From positions 22,258,001 to 22,322,000 of the forward strand of contig CM022677.1 of assembly GCA_012295275.1 (NCBI GenBank): 64,000 nucleotides of DNA. Direction: 5' to 3'. Below are positions 40,267-57,629 of the stretch, in pieces. This stretch comes from Chrysomallon squamiferum (Eukaryota; Animalia; Mollusca). Position 1 is the first letter of the stretch; each line of letters begins with the position of its first letter. A program made the translations under genes and the position numbers. The notes beneath the pieces are model-generated. The model worked only from the letters and a program-made list of their open reading frames with translations, was not told the origin of the DNA and did not search any database.

Positions 40267-42520
40267 CCACACACATACACACGTATATTCACACCAATAC
40301 AAATGTTTGTTATACTTACCACGTCCCCCTCTTCTCACTATGTTTTCAATGTATCTGTTTTCAAGTGGTGAATTGATTACAACCAGATAAGAATTCATGA
40401 AACGACAATATTGCTGAAATATAAAAGTGAAAATATAAATATGTATACATATCTATGAGTGTGTGACTATGTCTGTGTGTTTGTGTGTGTCTCTGTGTGT
40501 GCACAAATTAATAATGTATAATTTGTTTGTAAATATAGAGGGAAAATAAAGAATGTTTGGACTTCAGCTTTTCAACGAGACCATACAGTAGCTGGTCTGC
40601 ACCATATTAGAATTCACTGACGTATTAATTATATTTCCCATGAATTTATATAAAACTAGTGAACAAACCTACGATTCAATAATAACAGGAGAAACGAAAT
40701 ATCTACTAGAATAACTATGCACTTTAGGAAGGATAAGTTTTAAACTGTTTAATAATTCGAAAATAAAACATTTATTAAAAGCATTATCTAACCCAGAAGA
40801 AACGTTTTCGAAACAAGTAAAGATGTTATAATTTATCTAGAAAGGTGGTTTTGAAAAAAAAAGTAAAAAAAAAGTAAAAATAAAAATAAAAATAATACTC
40901 TTAAGTGTAGTTTAGAATCCATGTTATGAAAACGGAGATACTAAATGATAAATAATTATATTTTATAACAGTTTTAAAAAGTACATGGATTAGATGAATC
41001 TTTAATCCCAAGTCGTTTAATATTTTGTTTAATTTTGTTTGAACGTGGCGGAAGATATGTCTACAAGATAACGTGCATCCAAAACATAAGTTCAAAAGCA
41101 CAAGTCAGTTACGGTGTGCAGTTGACCTACTGAAACGGGACAAGCATTGTTCTATCTTTCCATCACGTAAACTGTATTATTTTATCCTGGTTTCGAAACA
41201 GAATTTTTCATAAAATCTTTACGACAAAAATCTCATTTTTTTTTCTTCACCTGATCCATTACATAGACTCTAGTAATTGAAGATATTCTAAGATATATAT
41301 ATTTTTTTATTTTTGTCAGAAAATTTGCACTATTTTTTTTAAATGTGAAAAGGTTCATACATTTTTCTCATTAATTTATATCGCATTGTTTTGATCCTGT
41401 TGTCCTTTAAATACATAAGCTAGAAGGTGACGATGCTGATGCTGATAAAGATGATTAAAATAAGAAAGAAGAAAAAGATGCTCACGCTAGCTTCAATCCA
41501 GGAGGCTGTCAACGACCGCGGTGAAACCCAGTAGCAGTGAGATCTGAATCTCGTAAATCCTGCCTGACAGTACCAACCCTCTGTTAAATGTCAAAGAGCA
41601 GAAATTAAAAAAAAACAAAAACAAAAAAAACAAACGGTACTGCTTGACATCCACGTATCAATGTATAACGAATAGAAGTTTCGAAAGTTTTATCTTGATA
41701 ATATGGACGAATTAATAATAATAATAATAATAATTATAATAATAATAATATCAAAGTAACAAAGTGTTAAGAAAGCGGATGTGACGTCACACAAGATTAA
41801 CGCAAAGCACTCAGCGTTCGCAAGTTTGCCATTAATAAAACAAATAATTGTGCCTGAAAAGAACCGAATTTTTTTCCTGACAGTTTTTGAAATTATTATT
41901 ATTATTGTTATTATTAATATTATTAGTATTAGTAGTAGTAGTAGCAGCAGCAGTTTAAATATGTACAATTGTAATATCTGCACCTCACTTAAGTGCATCA
42001 CAGAGGAAACAAAATATTGACAAATCGACAAAGGCATACAAAATAAATTTACATACAGTTATAAAAAACACACTGTTCCACACATACACTCACACACACA
42101 CACACACACTCACACTCACACACACTCACACATACACACACACACACACTCACATACACAGTAACACACACGCACACACACTCACACACATATTTACGTA
42201 TGCAAAGTTTGTCTCGGTGTCGAATGGTTTCGTTGTCCACTGCGGAGTGCGGACGAATGAGACTCAGTTCTAGTCTCGTCAGCGACATCTCACGTTTGAG
42301 AGTTTGTGATTGGACTTCGTCCTCCGGTGTTACTGCGTTCCTTTATATTGTCTGTGTGCAGAGTCTAACCATACGTACCTGAGACAGAGAATAGTCACTC
42401 ACAAATATACAACACAGCAAAACCCACACTCACATACAGACAAACATACGTAAAGAGAAACTTACCAACAGGTGAACTGAGCATCAGAAGGCTAAATACG
42501 ACAAAGATTAAATTATCCAT
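39967..42520 (-). CDS. Secreted C-type lectin (perlucin-like), EPN/WND mannose-type CRD
   Basis: Exons: 42520-42466 (signal MDNLIFVVFSLLMLSSPV), problematic exon 2 ending at 42198, 41580-41486 (GWYCQAGFTRFRSHCYWVS...ASWIEAS), 40413-40320 (QYCRFMNSYLVVINSPLENRYI...) and 40190-39967 (ADYWIG...WNPGEPNN...CV...WNDEKC...FVCE...*). CRD exon phases are compatible. Confidence 0.88.
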
Positions 42521-42526
42521 GTTGAG

Positions 42527-42718
42527 ATGTAACAGCAGTTTTCGAGATGAAGTTTGATGCAGTGAAGACGAAATGTAACACCAGTTTTCAAGATGAAGTT
42601 TGATGCAGTGAAAACGAAATGGAACAGCAGTTTTCCTGATGAAGTTTTATACAGTGAAAGTGAAATGTAACACCAGCTTTCATGATGAGGTTTGATGAAG
42701 TGAAAGTGAAATGTAACA
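42527..42718. promoter_or_regulatory. Four tandem 46-bp units directly upstream of the lectin ATG carrying GAAANNGAAA (IRF/ISRE-like) motifs
   Basis: Units start at 42527, 42573, 42619 and 42665. Motifs are gaagacgaaa, gaaaacgaaa, gaaagtgaaa and aagtgaaagtgaaa. The repeat is certain; the regulatory role is inferred. Confidence 0.5.
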
Positions 42719-42875
42719 GGTGGTTGGCGGATGTTCCTCTGAGATAATGTGACAAACTCTCTGCTATTGTTTTCACTGTATTGTTACTGGTGTAAACTAC
42801 CGTGTTCTATGTTGATCAGTATAACTGATCATTCTACTGTGGAAAGCTACTATTTCAATTATTATTATTATTATT

Positions 42876-42906
<31 letters not shown>

Positions 42907-43947
42907 GTTTTGCTACTGCTGTTATTCTTTTATTAAACACAAACAGCATTACTAATGACAATGTATAGATCTTATTTCGTTTTGCTGACACCATTGCTAG
43001 CAAATTGCAGTGGCAGTGTAATGCTAGTTTGACTAACTCTTTGAATGCATCAGGCCGGATTCATACAACAAGTGTTACAAGTTATCTGATATTTCATCCT
43101 TTGTTTCCTCTCGCTTAATTACAGTCACACCTACAATATCGATGCGACACATTCGTTCCTCGTTAATCACTTTGTGATTACACCCAGTCAAAGTGTTTTA
43201 TAGAATAAATTCAGGTGAAAACCAATACGAGGAAGCAAAGTGAAAAAAAAGTGTTTGTAAAATTTATCATACTTGTTAATTATAAACATACAAACAGACA
43301 AAGAAACAACAAAAATGCATTTAAAAATACATAAAGAAACAACAACAACAACAACAACAAAAATAATATAAAAAATATAAAATAAAATTAGATCATTAAG
43401 AGATATATTATTGGTAGTAGTAATAACTGAATTAGTAATAGTAGTAGTACCAGTAATAGTAGTAGCATTGGTATAGTATTAGTGATTCTGCAAGATAAAA
43501 TAGAAAAATATATGATCAGCATAGCTCTGTTCAGGTCCGGCTCAACTGTTGTTGCAAGTGAGTGCGTGTATGTGTGAACGTGCATGTGTGGTTTTGCTTG
43601 TATGTGTGTGTGTGTGTGTATGTTTGTGTATGTTTGTGTATATGACTCTGTGTGAGTATGTGTGATTTGGTGTGCACGTCAAGCTTATGTATGTGTGTAT
43701 ATTTATGGGTGTGTGCGTGTATCAGTATTTTTGTGTGTACTATTTGTATTTGTATGTGTCTGTCTGTTTAGGTTTTTGATGCGAATATTTGTGTGTGTGC
43801 GTCACTGACACAGATAAAATAGTTTATGGACAAAAATAAATCTTGTTTAACCTTATCAGTGAAGTGGAGGGTATCGAATGTAACACTGTTTACAGAGATG
43901 AGACTTGTAATGATTTTCATTAAAATAGTTTATAATAACAGTAATAT

Positions 43948-44026
<79 letters not shown>

Positions 44027-44894
44027 TGGGTTTAATACATTATAATGTTACATATTTTATTAGTATTTTAGTTTGTTGCTGTAAACAGCACACAGACTTT
44101 ACTTTTCTTCTTCGCCTTTTTTCATTTTATGGTTATTTTATTTTATTACTTTTTGATTTCATTTTATTTATTTTTTTATTGTATTTTTATTTTATTTTAA
44201 TCTACTGCACACTGGTACAGAGGAAATGAGAATCATGTTTTTGAAATATCAGTTATTATTTGTTGTTGTTTGTACGTATTAATGACAAAGAACATCCTTC
44301 ATATTTGTGTACAGAAAACTGTATATAATGTTTCAGACAATACTACAACCACCACTATTACTACGAAAATATGTCGTATATTATTTAACAGTTAATATAT
44401 ATATTAGAAGAGAGCAGTGGTTAATATGAAATAACAATAATAAAGTTTTTAAAATATCAATGATCATTAAGCAGATGTCTTTTCTTGTTACTTTGTTGTT
44501 TTTATTATCCTAGTTCAAACACAATTTCAGTGCAGTAGAACGGAAGAGTGTAGTTATTTTCATAAATAAAACCGTTCAAGTGTAAAATGTTTTGAATTTA
44601 TTTTTTTTTATTTTTATTTTTTTGCACAAAAACCCTGATATCAGCTTTTTATTAGTAGCATTAAATTATTTATTAACCTTTATTGTAAGAAAGATATCTA
44701 ATTGTTGTATTATTTGACCAATGTCGGCGTGTCTCTATGTATGTATGTACGTATGTATGAATGTATGTATGTATGTATCTATGTATCTGTATGTACGTAT
44801 GTATGTGTATCTGCATATTATTTACAATATTCACTTTTCTGTAAAGAGTGACGTCACATTATTTAATTTTAGCACTGCCAACATCACAGGTTTT

Positions 44895-48315
<3,421 letters not shown>

Positions 48316-48382
48316 ACGTTTCGAAATATTAACAAAAAAAATTAAATATTAAAAAGAAAGTAAATTATAATTTCGTTCACAG

Positions 48383-48500
48383 GACGAAGAAACTGAAACT
48401 TGCTTATGAAACATTTCATGAGAAAACGAATAGAGCAATATCAGAAGAAACTGAAGAAACTGCATCATTTGACAACCCCGTGTTTGAAGTTGCAAGCTGA
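48383..48500 (+). pseudogene. Duplicated orphan copy of the micro-exon gene tail exon (plus its 3' UTR to ~48955)
   Basis: Intact acceptor; reads RTKKLKLAYETFHEKTNRAISEETEETASFDNPVFEVAS*. ~48350-48955 matches ~26850-27430. No TM exon copy is seen upstream. Confidence 0.7.
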
Positions 48501-49062
48501 ACTGAACCAGTGACGTTTCACAATAATAGAATAGAAACACTTAACAATCAGACATTTGTTTTATTTGTGGTTAATTTCAACTACAGATTAATACATATCA
48601 TTATGAATTTGTTTGTCTAGTTTTTGTGTTTATGTTTCTGTTTTTGTGATAACTTTTACGATAATACTGAAATATAAAATGTCCTTCATGTTACTAAATC
48701 ATACTACTTGTTTCATAATTAAATTTCTTTTCTTCTTAAAACTTTAAAAATATAAATATCTGTTTGTTTTAAAGTTGGTTTTTAGTATTAAAGTATTAAA
48801 AACAAATCAACTTTTCGTCATTTCACTCTCAGGAAAGAAGAAGAAGAAAAAAATGTAACTGTCAAACGTATTTACGAAAGGCATACAATATAAAACTTTC
48901 ATTCAGTATAAAACTTTCATTCAGTATAAAACTTTCATTCTATTTTAATTCATTGATTTTTTGAATCAGTTAATTCTGAAGAAGAAGACGATGAATCGGA
49001 AAGAAAAACATTTCAATATGCTAGGGATCCCCTAAGAAATAACCAGTACCAGGTTTTAATGA

Positions 49063-49163
49063 AAGTTTACATTTGTTTCATCTGATACAACAATCAGACT
49101 GTGATGGCGAAATGTGAGACTCAACGGTTCGGGGATCGAAATTGCTGATATAGAATGAATGAA
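49063..49163 (-). pseudogene. Short diverged NHL-propeller fragment (copy 4)
   Basis: Reads FIHSISAISIPEPLSLTFRHHSLIVVSDETNVN versus copy 1 LIHSISTDLIPRPSRLTVQDECLIVVSLRENVN. Confidence 0.65.
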
Positions 49164-49327
49164 CGACGTATTATTCAATAGATATATATGTATATTTCTT
49201 GTGTTGTTATGTAGAAGTTAATGTATGTTTGTATATATATGTATATCTATATCTATATACATCTACCTTTCTGGTGACCTATCTTACTTTGATTCTTTAT
49301 TCTCTTATTTTGTTCTTGTTTTCTTTA

Positions 49328-49372
<45 letters not shown>

Positions 49373-49582
49373 TTCTGTTTTGTAATCTGTTTTGCCGTTT
49401 CTCTCTTTATTTTGGTTTAAAAGCAGTTTCAGACTGATTTCAGTTCAATACAAGAAGACGTGCAACAATTTATTTCCTTGTTCGACTTGAACGAGTGGAA
49501 ACAAAGAGCATCCTTCATATCCGTGAGGAGAAATATTATAAAATATGCCATTTAATAACAATAATAATAATGATACTAATAA

Positions 49583-49618
<36 letters not shown>

Positions 49619-49626
49619 CAATAATC

Positions 49627-49662
<36 letters not shown>

Positions 49663-49771
49663 GTAATAATAATAATAATAAGAAGAAGAAGAAGAAGAAG
49701 AAAAAGAAGAAGAAGAGGATTTGCATTAAGCTAGGAATCCCCCAAGAAAACTAATTTGTATCACCTGTTAA

Positions 49772-49806
<35 letters not shown>

Positions 49807-50025
49807 ATATACTCAAATATGTAAAATAGAAATCAATGCTTTTGTATCTTAATGTTCATATTTATTACGTATTATACTCTTTAATTACATTGTACAAAGA
49901 ATCAGACATACACTTTACGAAACAAATTTAAATGAAATAATGACTTAAGAATTTAGTTTTTAGGTAAAGTGAAATTCAGTTTTATATTTCATTAACTTTA
50001 GGCCATGTAGTAATAAAGGCATACA

Positions 50026-50073
<48 letters not shown>

Positions 50074-50167
50074 CTGGTTTTCTGTTTATTTACCAGTTCA
50101 TGTAAGTCTGCTGACTTTTAATTCCTAAACAGTTAAGCTGAAACTGACTTAGCAGATAGTTTGAAGT

Positions 50168-51889
50168 TTACATTTTACACCAAGTAAATACTTTGATATC
50201 TCCGTTGTTCTGTCCCACGTACAATTTGTTAGCACGACAGCAAACAGACAAAGGTCCAGATAATCCATCCTGGTCAGTGAGGATGTCACGTACGATTTTT
50301 CCGTCTCGTGACAACTGAACAACACAATTTCTACTAAAATCACAGACAAAGATATTTCCCTCTCTGTCACATGTAACACCTCTCAAGTCTCTCAGTCTCT
50401 CTGAATCATGTGTCTCCCATCTGACGTCACCTGATGACGTCACACAAAATAAACTGCTTCCATTTTGTCTTTCTGACGCAACAATCATATATTGATTCTG
50501 AACGGTGAGATGGGAAGGACTGGGAATCAAATGTGCTGAACAAATGTGCTGACCACTCTCTGTCAATATGTCCAGGTTCTGACCAGTAGTGACTGCCAGA
50601 CGGTTGCGGTGTAACACAGCTACGTGCCGATACTGTTTTACAGTTTCAACAGTTTGGATCAGTTTGAAGTTTTCCAAATTGATAAACACTATTTTATTCT
50701 TAAGTGGCAGAAGAACAACGGCTGCAACATCACCCTGCTGACAACGTATTTCAGCAAGACCACGTGGTGAAGAACGAGTTTCATACCTGTTTATTATTGA
50801 TTTGTTTTTTAAACAAAAACGTTTTATGCAGTTATTATGCAAATCACTAACAACAATTTTACTGTTGTCCTCAACTGACACCAGGATGGAAAACACAAAA
50901 GGATTGAACATATCCTTTGGTGTTTTCGTGTTAATGGTGTCTGTGTGTTTGAGTTTGTCTGTCTGTCTATTTATTTTTGTGTCTGTATGTTGTTTCTTCG
51001 TGTTAATGGTGTCTGTGTGTTTGAGTTTGTCTGTCTGTCTATTTATTTTTGTGTCTGTATGTTGTTTCTTCGTGTTAATGGTGTCTGTGGGTTTGAGTTT
51101 GTCTGTCTGTCTATTTATTTTTGTGTCTGTATGTTGTTTCTTCGTGTTGATGGTGTCTGTGTGTTTGAGTTTGTCTGTCTGTCTATTTATTTTTGTGTCT
51201 GTATGTTGTTTTTTCGTGTTAATGGTGTCTGTGGGTTTGAGTTTGTGTGTCTGTCTATTTATTTTTGTGTCTGTATGTTGTTTCTTCGTGTTAATGCTGT
51301 CTGTGGGTTTGAGTTTGTCTGTCTGTGTATCTATGTGTGTGCCTGTGTCTTTTGTTTTTTTGACTCTCGTAGAAATTTCCTCAGCCTTTCGTTTTCTAGG
51401 AACTGAAATGAAAGTAAATATAAAAAAAAAATAAAAAGTAAACAAATTAAGAAAATAAAAAAGAAAGAAAATTAAAATAATAATGATAATGCTATTTTAT
51501 CACAAATATTTTATAGGATTTGTTTTCTTTATGAGCCTGCTACAATGGTTAATAAACGACATAAATGTTATTAGCTAAAAAATCACTGTATCTAAACACA
51601 ACACTGCTGACTCACCAGGCTTTGATCTGTTAATAGCCTCCACTAGTGAAATGTTTAGAGGAAACTGAGCTGCCCATGTTTCCACTGGTTTCGTTCTGTT
51701 TGGAATGACAACGCTACTCATACAAAACGGACACAAGATTTCTTTGTTGTTGTCCTTCTTTCGGTAATAAGTCTGGAAGTAATCCCGAAGACAGGGCGTA
51801 CAGAAATTGTGTTTGCAAGTCAAAACTCGCGGTGTTTTCAAGTTGTTGAAACACAGACGGCAAGACATTTCATCAGTACCTGTAGCCAT
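50168..51889 (-). CDS. TRIM-like RING + 24-aa tandem repeat + NHL-type propeller protein, copy 2 (intact)
   Basis: Exon 51889-51616 encodes a C3HC4 RING (MATGTDEMSCRLCFNNLKTPRVLTCKHNFCTPC...CPFC). Exon 51402-50168 reads VPRKRKAEE..., then the repeats and the propeller. The intron is phase 1 at the same position as in copy 1. Confidence 0.88.
50925..51330 (-). repeat. Coding 72-bp minisatellite (~5.6 copies)
   Basis: Encodes KINRQTDKLK[HP]TDTINTKKQHTDT repeats in frame. Confidence 0.92.
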
Positions 51890-52055
51890 ATCTGTGAAAA
51901 TAATAATAATAACAATATTATTAATAATGATAAGGACAACAATAACAACAATAATAGTTATAATTAAGTAAATAAATAAATACAAATTAATAAATAATAA
52001 TATAAAAACAAGTAAATCTAGGATCGGAAAATATATCATCACCATATCTTAACGA

Positions 52056-52163
<108 letters not shown>

Positions 52164-52283
52164 AATGCAACTTGTATAAAACAAAATTGAGTTCTTACCT
52201 GGTTCGATATTTTCTAACAAAGACAAGAGGAATCAGGATGTATTGCTGTGGAAACCAGGTTTCAGTTACATGAGACAAACACG

Positions 52284-52520
52284 CAGTGGCGTGCAGAGGT
52301 CTGGTGATGCCCAGGACCAACTCTTTGACTGTATGCCCCAGCGACTCAAATATATGGCCTAGTACTGAGAAATATTATGATGAAACAGAAAATAAACACT
52401 TTATTCGATTAAATATAAATCAACCAAATTTACTAAGTTGTTTTCACCAAATGATACCAGCTGTCATTTGAATGCTCGGAGCCACCGCCAGTTCGGCCCC
52501 ACCCTGTTGGTACATCACTG
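52284..52520. mobile_element. 237-bp hAT-like MITE upstream of TRIM-like copy 2
   Basis: Imperfect TIRs cagtggcgtgc / gtacatcactg, and 8-bp flanking duplication caaacacg / caaacaca. The paralogous region upstream of copy 1 (~30985-31020) lacks the insert. Confidence 0.75.
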
Positions 52521-53234
52521 CAAACACACAAATACGTGATCTGATGTACCCGCTTAAGAGAACTTGGGCCATCTCGTGATGGAGATAAAACTCAGGTGAG
52601 GTATAACAGTTTCAAACCATGGCCTTGTTTAGTCAATTGAAACTATTATTAATATTTTCTCTTTAACATGAAATAAGACAGCCAGGTCCGATTGTGTTTA
52701 AATAACGTGTGGTATTTATATATTTTCTTATTCGAACCACTGCTACGTATAATATTGCCGCTGCTGTTAACTTGCATTACAGTTTACACACAAGCACAAC
52801 AAAACAACAACTATTGCTATTGCTATTACTGCTACTACTGTCGTTAATACTGTTAACACTGTTAATACCAATACAATGGACAATTTAACGGTTACTTATC
52901 ATGCTACATACGGAAAAAAAAAAGAAAAAATCAGTTTCTGTACAACAAATATGGTAACAACAGCGCTCTGTCTGAAGGATTTAATCAGGGTACAGAGCTG
53001 ATACTGATATCAAATATTTCTAACAATCCACTGACCGCGTGACTGACACAGATAAAATATGACCATGGTTTGAACTATTTCTTATCTCTGTTTAGCTTGT
53101 GCATACTTAACTTGTTATTCAAATAAGATTTAGTGATATCGCGACCCTCTAATCTGTTTTGTCAACACTAACGATGTACTAAGTTTATTACCTGGAGATA
53201 AACAAGTTTACTTAAGAACAGAATCAAAGATTGA

Positions 53235-53326
<92 letters not shown>

Positions 53327-53436
53327 TTTCCTTTAACTATACTAACTCATGATAATATTACAGTTGTTACTAAATCACACAGACACATTTACAATGGCGC
53401 ACACAAAAGAAATAAATGAAATGAAACGAACATAAA

Positions 53437-53476
<40 letters not shown>

Positions 53477-53478
53477 TT

Positions 53479-53748
53479 GATAATAAAAACAATAGTAATT
53501 TTATCCAAATAAATAACTAAATATGTTATCCAGTTTTCTTTGAAGTAACAGAAAATAAATTAATAAATATGTAAAAGAAAAATTAAGTAATAAGAAATAA
53601 ATTTTGACCATTGTGGTTACAAAACACTGATCATCTTCCTACCATTGACTGCTAAATCTGAGTAGTGTAACTTTTAAAAACAATCAAGAAAGAAGAAACA
53701 AAAGTGTTTCAATTCTTTGACAATTTCTTGCTTTTATTATTATTATTA

Positions 53749-53801
<53 letters not shown>

Positions 53802-54828
53802 GTTATTATTATTGTTGTTGTTGTTGTTGTTGTTGTTATTATTATTATTATGTGTGCAATAAAAGAAACTTGATCTTCATGGAAGTATATATATCGAAAA
53901 TAACAATTATGAATTTACATTTCAAAACTTTCGTAAACAAATGACATTTCTGCAGAATGGTGAGGACAAAACCTGTTGATGTCGCACTAAACACATTTTA
54001 AATGAACAGTTTTGTAGAGTCAGTACGTATGGTTTATGACGTCAGAGAGAATGGAAGAAAAGAAATCTGCTGACGTCATGGGACGGGTACCTTATATTGC
54101 TAGTCACATATCACGGCTTTTTGATAAAATATTCATGGAATTGACTTAGAGAGAGAAAATTGCTACAGCTCATAACCAGACATTATTTTCCTCTATCCAC
54201 CTCTGACCTCCCCTGTAATCATTGCGTGAAACACCGATACAGTTGTCTACTAAATTTTAAGAGCATAAACTAAAGAACAAAATTCTATTTTAAAATATCT
54301 TAGAACAAGAACAACAATAACAATAACAGTAAAACATGTTCTTACCTTTGAATATCGAAATGAAACATTTATCACTTGAACAAAATTTCTTTTATTTTCG
54401 TCCCAGTTTGTGCGGAGAATCCGGTTTTGACAGATGACTCTCGGTGAGAGGACGATACCAACTGAAAGAAAGAAGGGGCGTAAAATTAAAATTTTTTTAG
54501 CGAAACTTTTCTAACAAGAAGAAAAAAAAAAACCTCTTTAAAGATTTATATTTTTATGATAAAATAAACAGAAATAAAAAATATCTAAAATAATTTGTAC
54601 AGATTAGTGAATGTTATAAATGTTTGTCACACATGTTATAATAATATACACACCAACTCGCTGGTAGAGGAACAGAGAAAGATAATACATTTCAACGGCA
54701 AAACATAAATCACTTTTAAACTTGAATAGTGAACTGGCGGGTATCGTGTCTTTATAGCAGATATATAAATAAACTGTACAAAAGGAAAACAGGATGCAAA
54801 GTGAACGTGTGCTTCTAGTCACGTACAC

Positions 54829-54896
<68 letters not shown>

Positions 54897-56213
54897 CATA
54901 ATGATAATAAAAACAATAGTAATTTTATCCAAATAAATAACTAAATATGTTATCCGGTTTTCTTTGAAGTAAAAGAAAATAAATTAATAAATATGTAAAA
55001 GAAAAATTAAGTAATAAGAAATAAATGTTGACCATTGTGGTTACAAAACACTGATCATCTTTCTACCATTGACTGCTAAATCTGAGTAGTGTAACTTTTA
55101 AAAACAATCAAGAAAGAAGAAACAAAAGTGTTTCAATTCTTTGACAATTTCTTGCTTTTATTATTATTATTATTGTTATTATTATTATTGTTGTTGTTGT
55201 TGTTGTTGTTATTATTATTATTATGAGTGCAATAAAAGAAACTTGATCTTCATGGAAGTATATATATTGAAAATAACAATTATGAATTTACATTTCAAAA
55301 CTTTCGTAAACAAATGACATTTCTGCAGAATAGTGAGGACAAAACCTGTTGATGTCGCACTCAACACATTTTAAATGAACAGTTTTGTAGAGTCAGTACG
55401 TATGGTTTATGACGTCAGAGAGAATGGAAGAAAAGAAATCTGCTGACGTCATGGGACGGGTACCTTATATTGCTAGTCACATATCACGGCTTTTGATAAA
55501 ATATTCGCGGAATTGACTTAGAGAGAGAAAATTGCTACAGCTCATAACCAGACATTACTTTCCTCTATCCACCTCTGACCTCCCCTGTAATCATTGCGTG
55601 AAACACCGATACAATTGTCTACTAAATTTTAAGAGCATAAACTAAAGAATAAAATTCTATTTTAAAATATCTTAGAATAAGAACAACAATAACAATAACA
55701 GTAAAACATGTTCTTACCTTTGAATAACGAAATGAAACATTTATCACTTGAACAAAATTTCTTTTATTTTCGTCCCAGTTTATTTTCGTCCCCGTTTGTG
55801 CGGAGAATCCGGTTTTGACAGATGACTCTCGGTGAGAGGACGATACCAACTGAAAGAAAGAAGGGGCGTAAAATTTAAATTTTTAGCGAAACTTTTCTAA
55901 CAAGAAGAAAAAAAAAACCTCTTTAAAGATTTATATTTTTATGATAAAATAAACAGAAATAAAAAATATCTAAAATAATTTGTACAGATTAGTGAATGTT
56001 ATAAATGTTTGTCACACATGTTATAATAATATACACACCAACTCGCTGGTAGAGGAACAGAGAAAGATAATACATTTCAACGGCAAAACATAAATCACTT
56101 TTAAACTTGAATAGTGAACTGGCGGGTATCGTCTCTTTTTGACAGATATATAAATAAACTGTACAAAAGAAAAACAGGATGCAAAGTGAACGTGTGCTTC
56201 TAGTCACGTACAC

Positions 56214-56247
<34 letters not shown>

Positions 56248-56263
56248 TAATAATAATAACAAA

Positions 56264-56337
<74 letters not shown>

Positions 56338-57629
56338 TAATAAAAACAATAGTAATTTTATCCAAATAAATAACTAAATATGTTATCCAGTTTTCTTTGA
56401 AGTAACAGAAAATAAATTAATAAATATGTAAAAGAAAAATTAAGTAATAAGAAATAAATTTTGACCATTGTGGTTACAAAACACTGATCATCTTCCTACC
56501 ATTGACTGCTAAATCTGAGTAGTGTAACTTTTAAAAACAATCAAGAAAGAAGAAACAAAAGTGTTTCAATTCTTTGACAATTTCTTGCTTTTATTATTAT
56601 TATTATTGTTATTATTATTGTTGTTGTTGTTGTTGTTGTTGTTATTATTATTATTATGTGTGCAATAAAAGAAACTTGATCTTCATGGAAGTATATATAT
56701 CGAAAATAACAATTATGAATTTACATTTCAAAACTTTCGTAAACAAATGACATTTCTGCAGAATGGTGAGGACAAAACCTGTTGATGTCGCACTAAACAC
56801 ATTTTAAATGAACAGTTTTGTAGAGTCAGTACGTATGGTTTATGACGTCAGAGAGAATGGAAGAAAAGAAATCTGCTGACGTCATGGGACGGGTACCTTA
56901 TATTGCTAGTCACATATCACGGCTTTTGATAAAATATTCGCGGAATTGACTTAGAGAGAGAAAATTGCTACAGCTCATAACCAGACATTATTTTCCTCTA
57001 TCCACCTCTGACCTCCCCTGTAATCATTGCGTGAAACACCGATACAGTTGTCTACTAAATTTTAAGAGCATAAACTAAAGAACAAAATTCTATTTTAAAA
57101 TATCTTAGAACAAGAACAACAATAACAATAACAGTAAAACATGTTCTTACCTTTGAATATCGAAATGAAACATTTATCACTTGAACAAAATTTCTTTTAT
57201 TTTCGTCCCAGTTTGTGCGGAGAATCCGGTTTTGACAGATGACTCTCGGTGAGAGGACGATACCAACTGAAAGAAAGAAGGGGCGTAAAATTAAAATTTT
57301 TAGCGAAACTTTTCTAACAAGAAGAAAAAAAAACCTCTTTAAAGATTTATATTTTTATGATAAAATAAACAGAAATAAAAAATATCTAAAATAATTTGTA
57401 CAGATTAGTGAATGTTATAAATGTTTGTCACACATGTTATAATAATATACACACCAACTCGCTGGTAGAGGAACAGAGAAAGATAATACATTTCAACGGC
57501 AAAACATAAATCACTTTTAAACTTGAATAGTGAACTGGCGGGTATCGTGTCTTTATAGCAGATATATAAATAAACTGTACAAAAGGAAAACAGGATGCAA
57601 AGTGAACGTGTGCTTCTAGTCACGTACAC

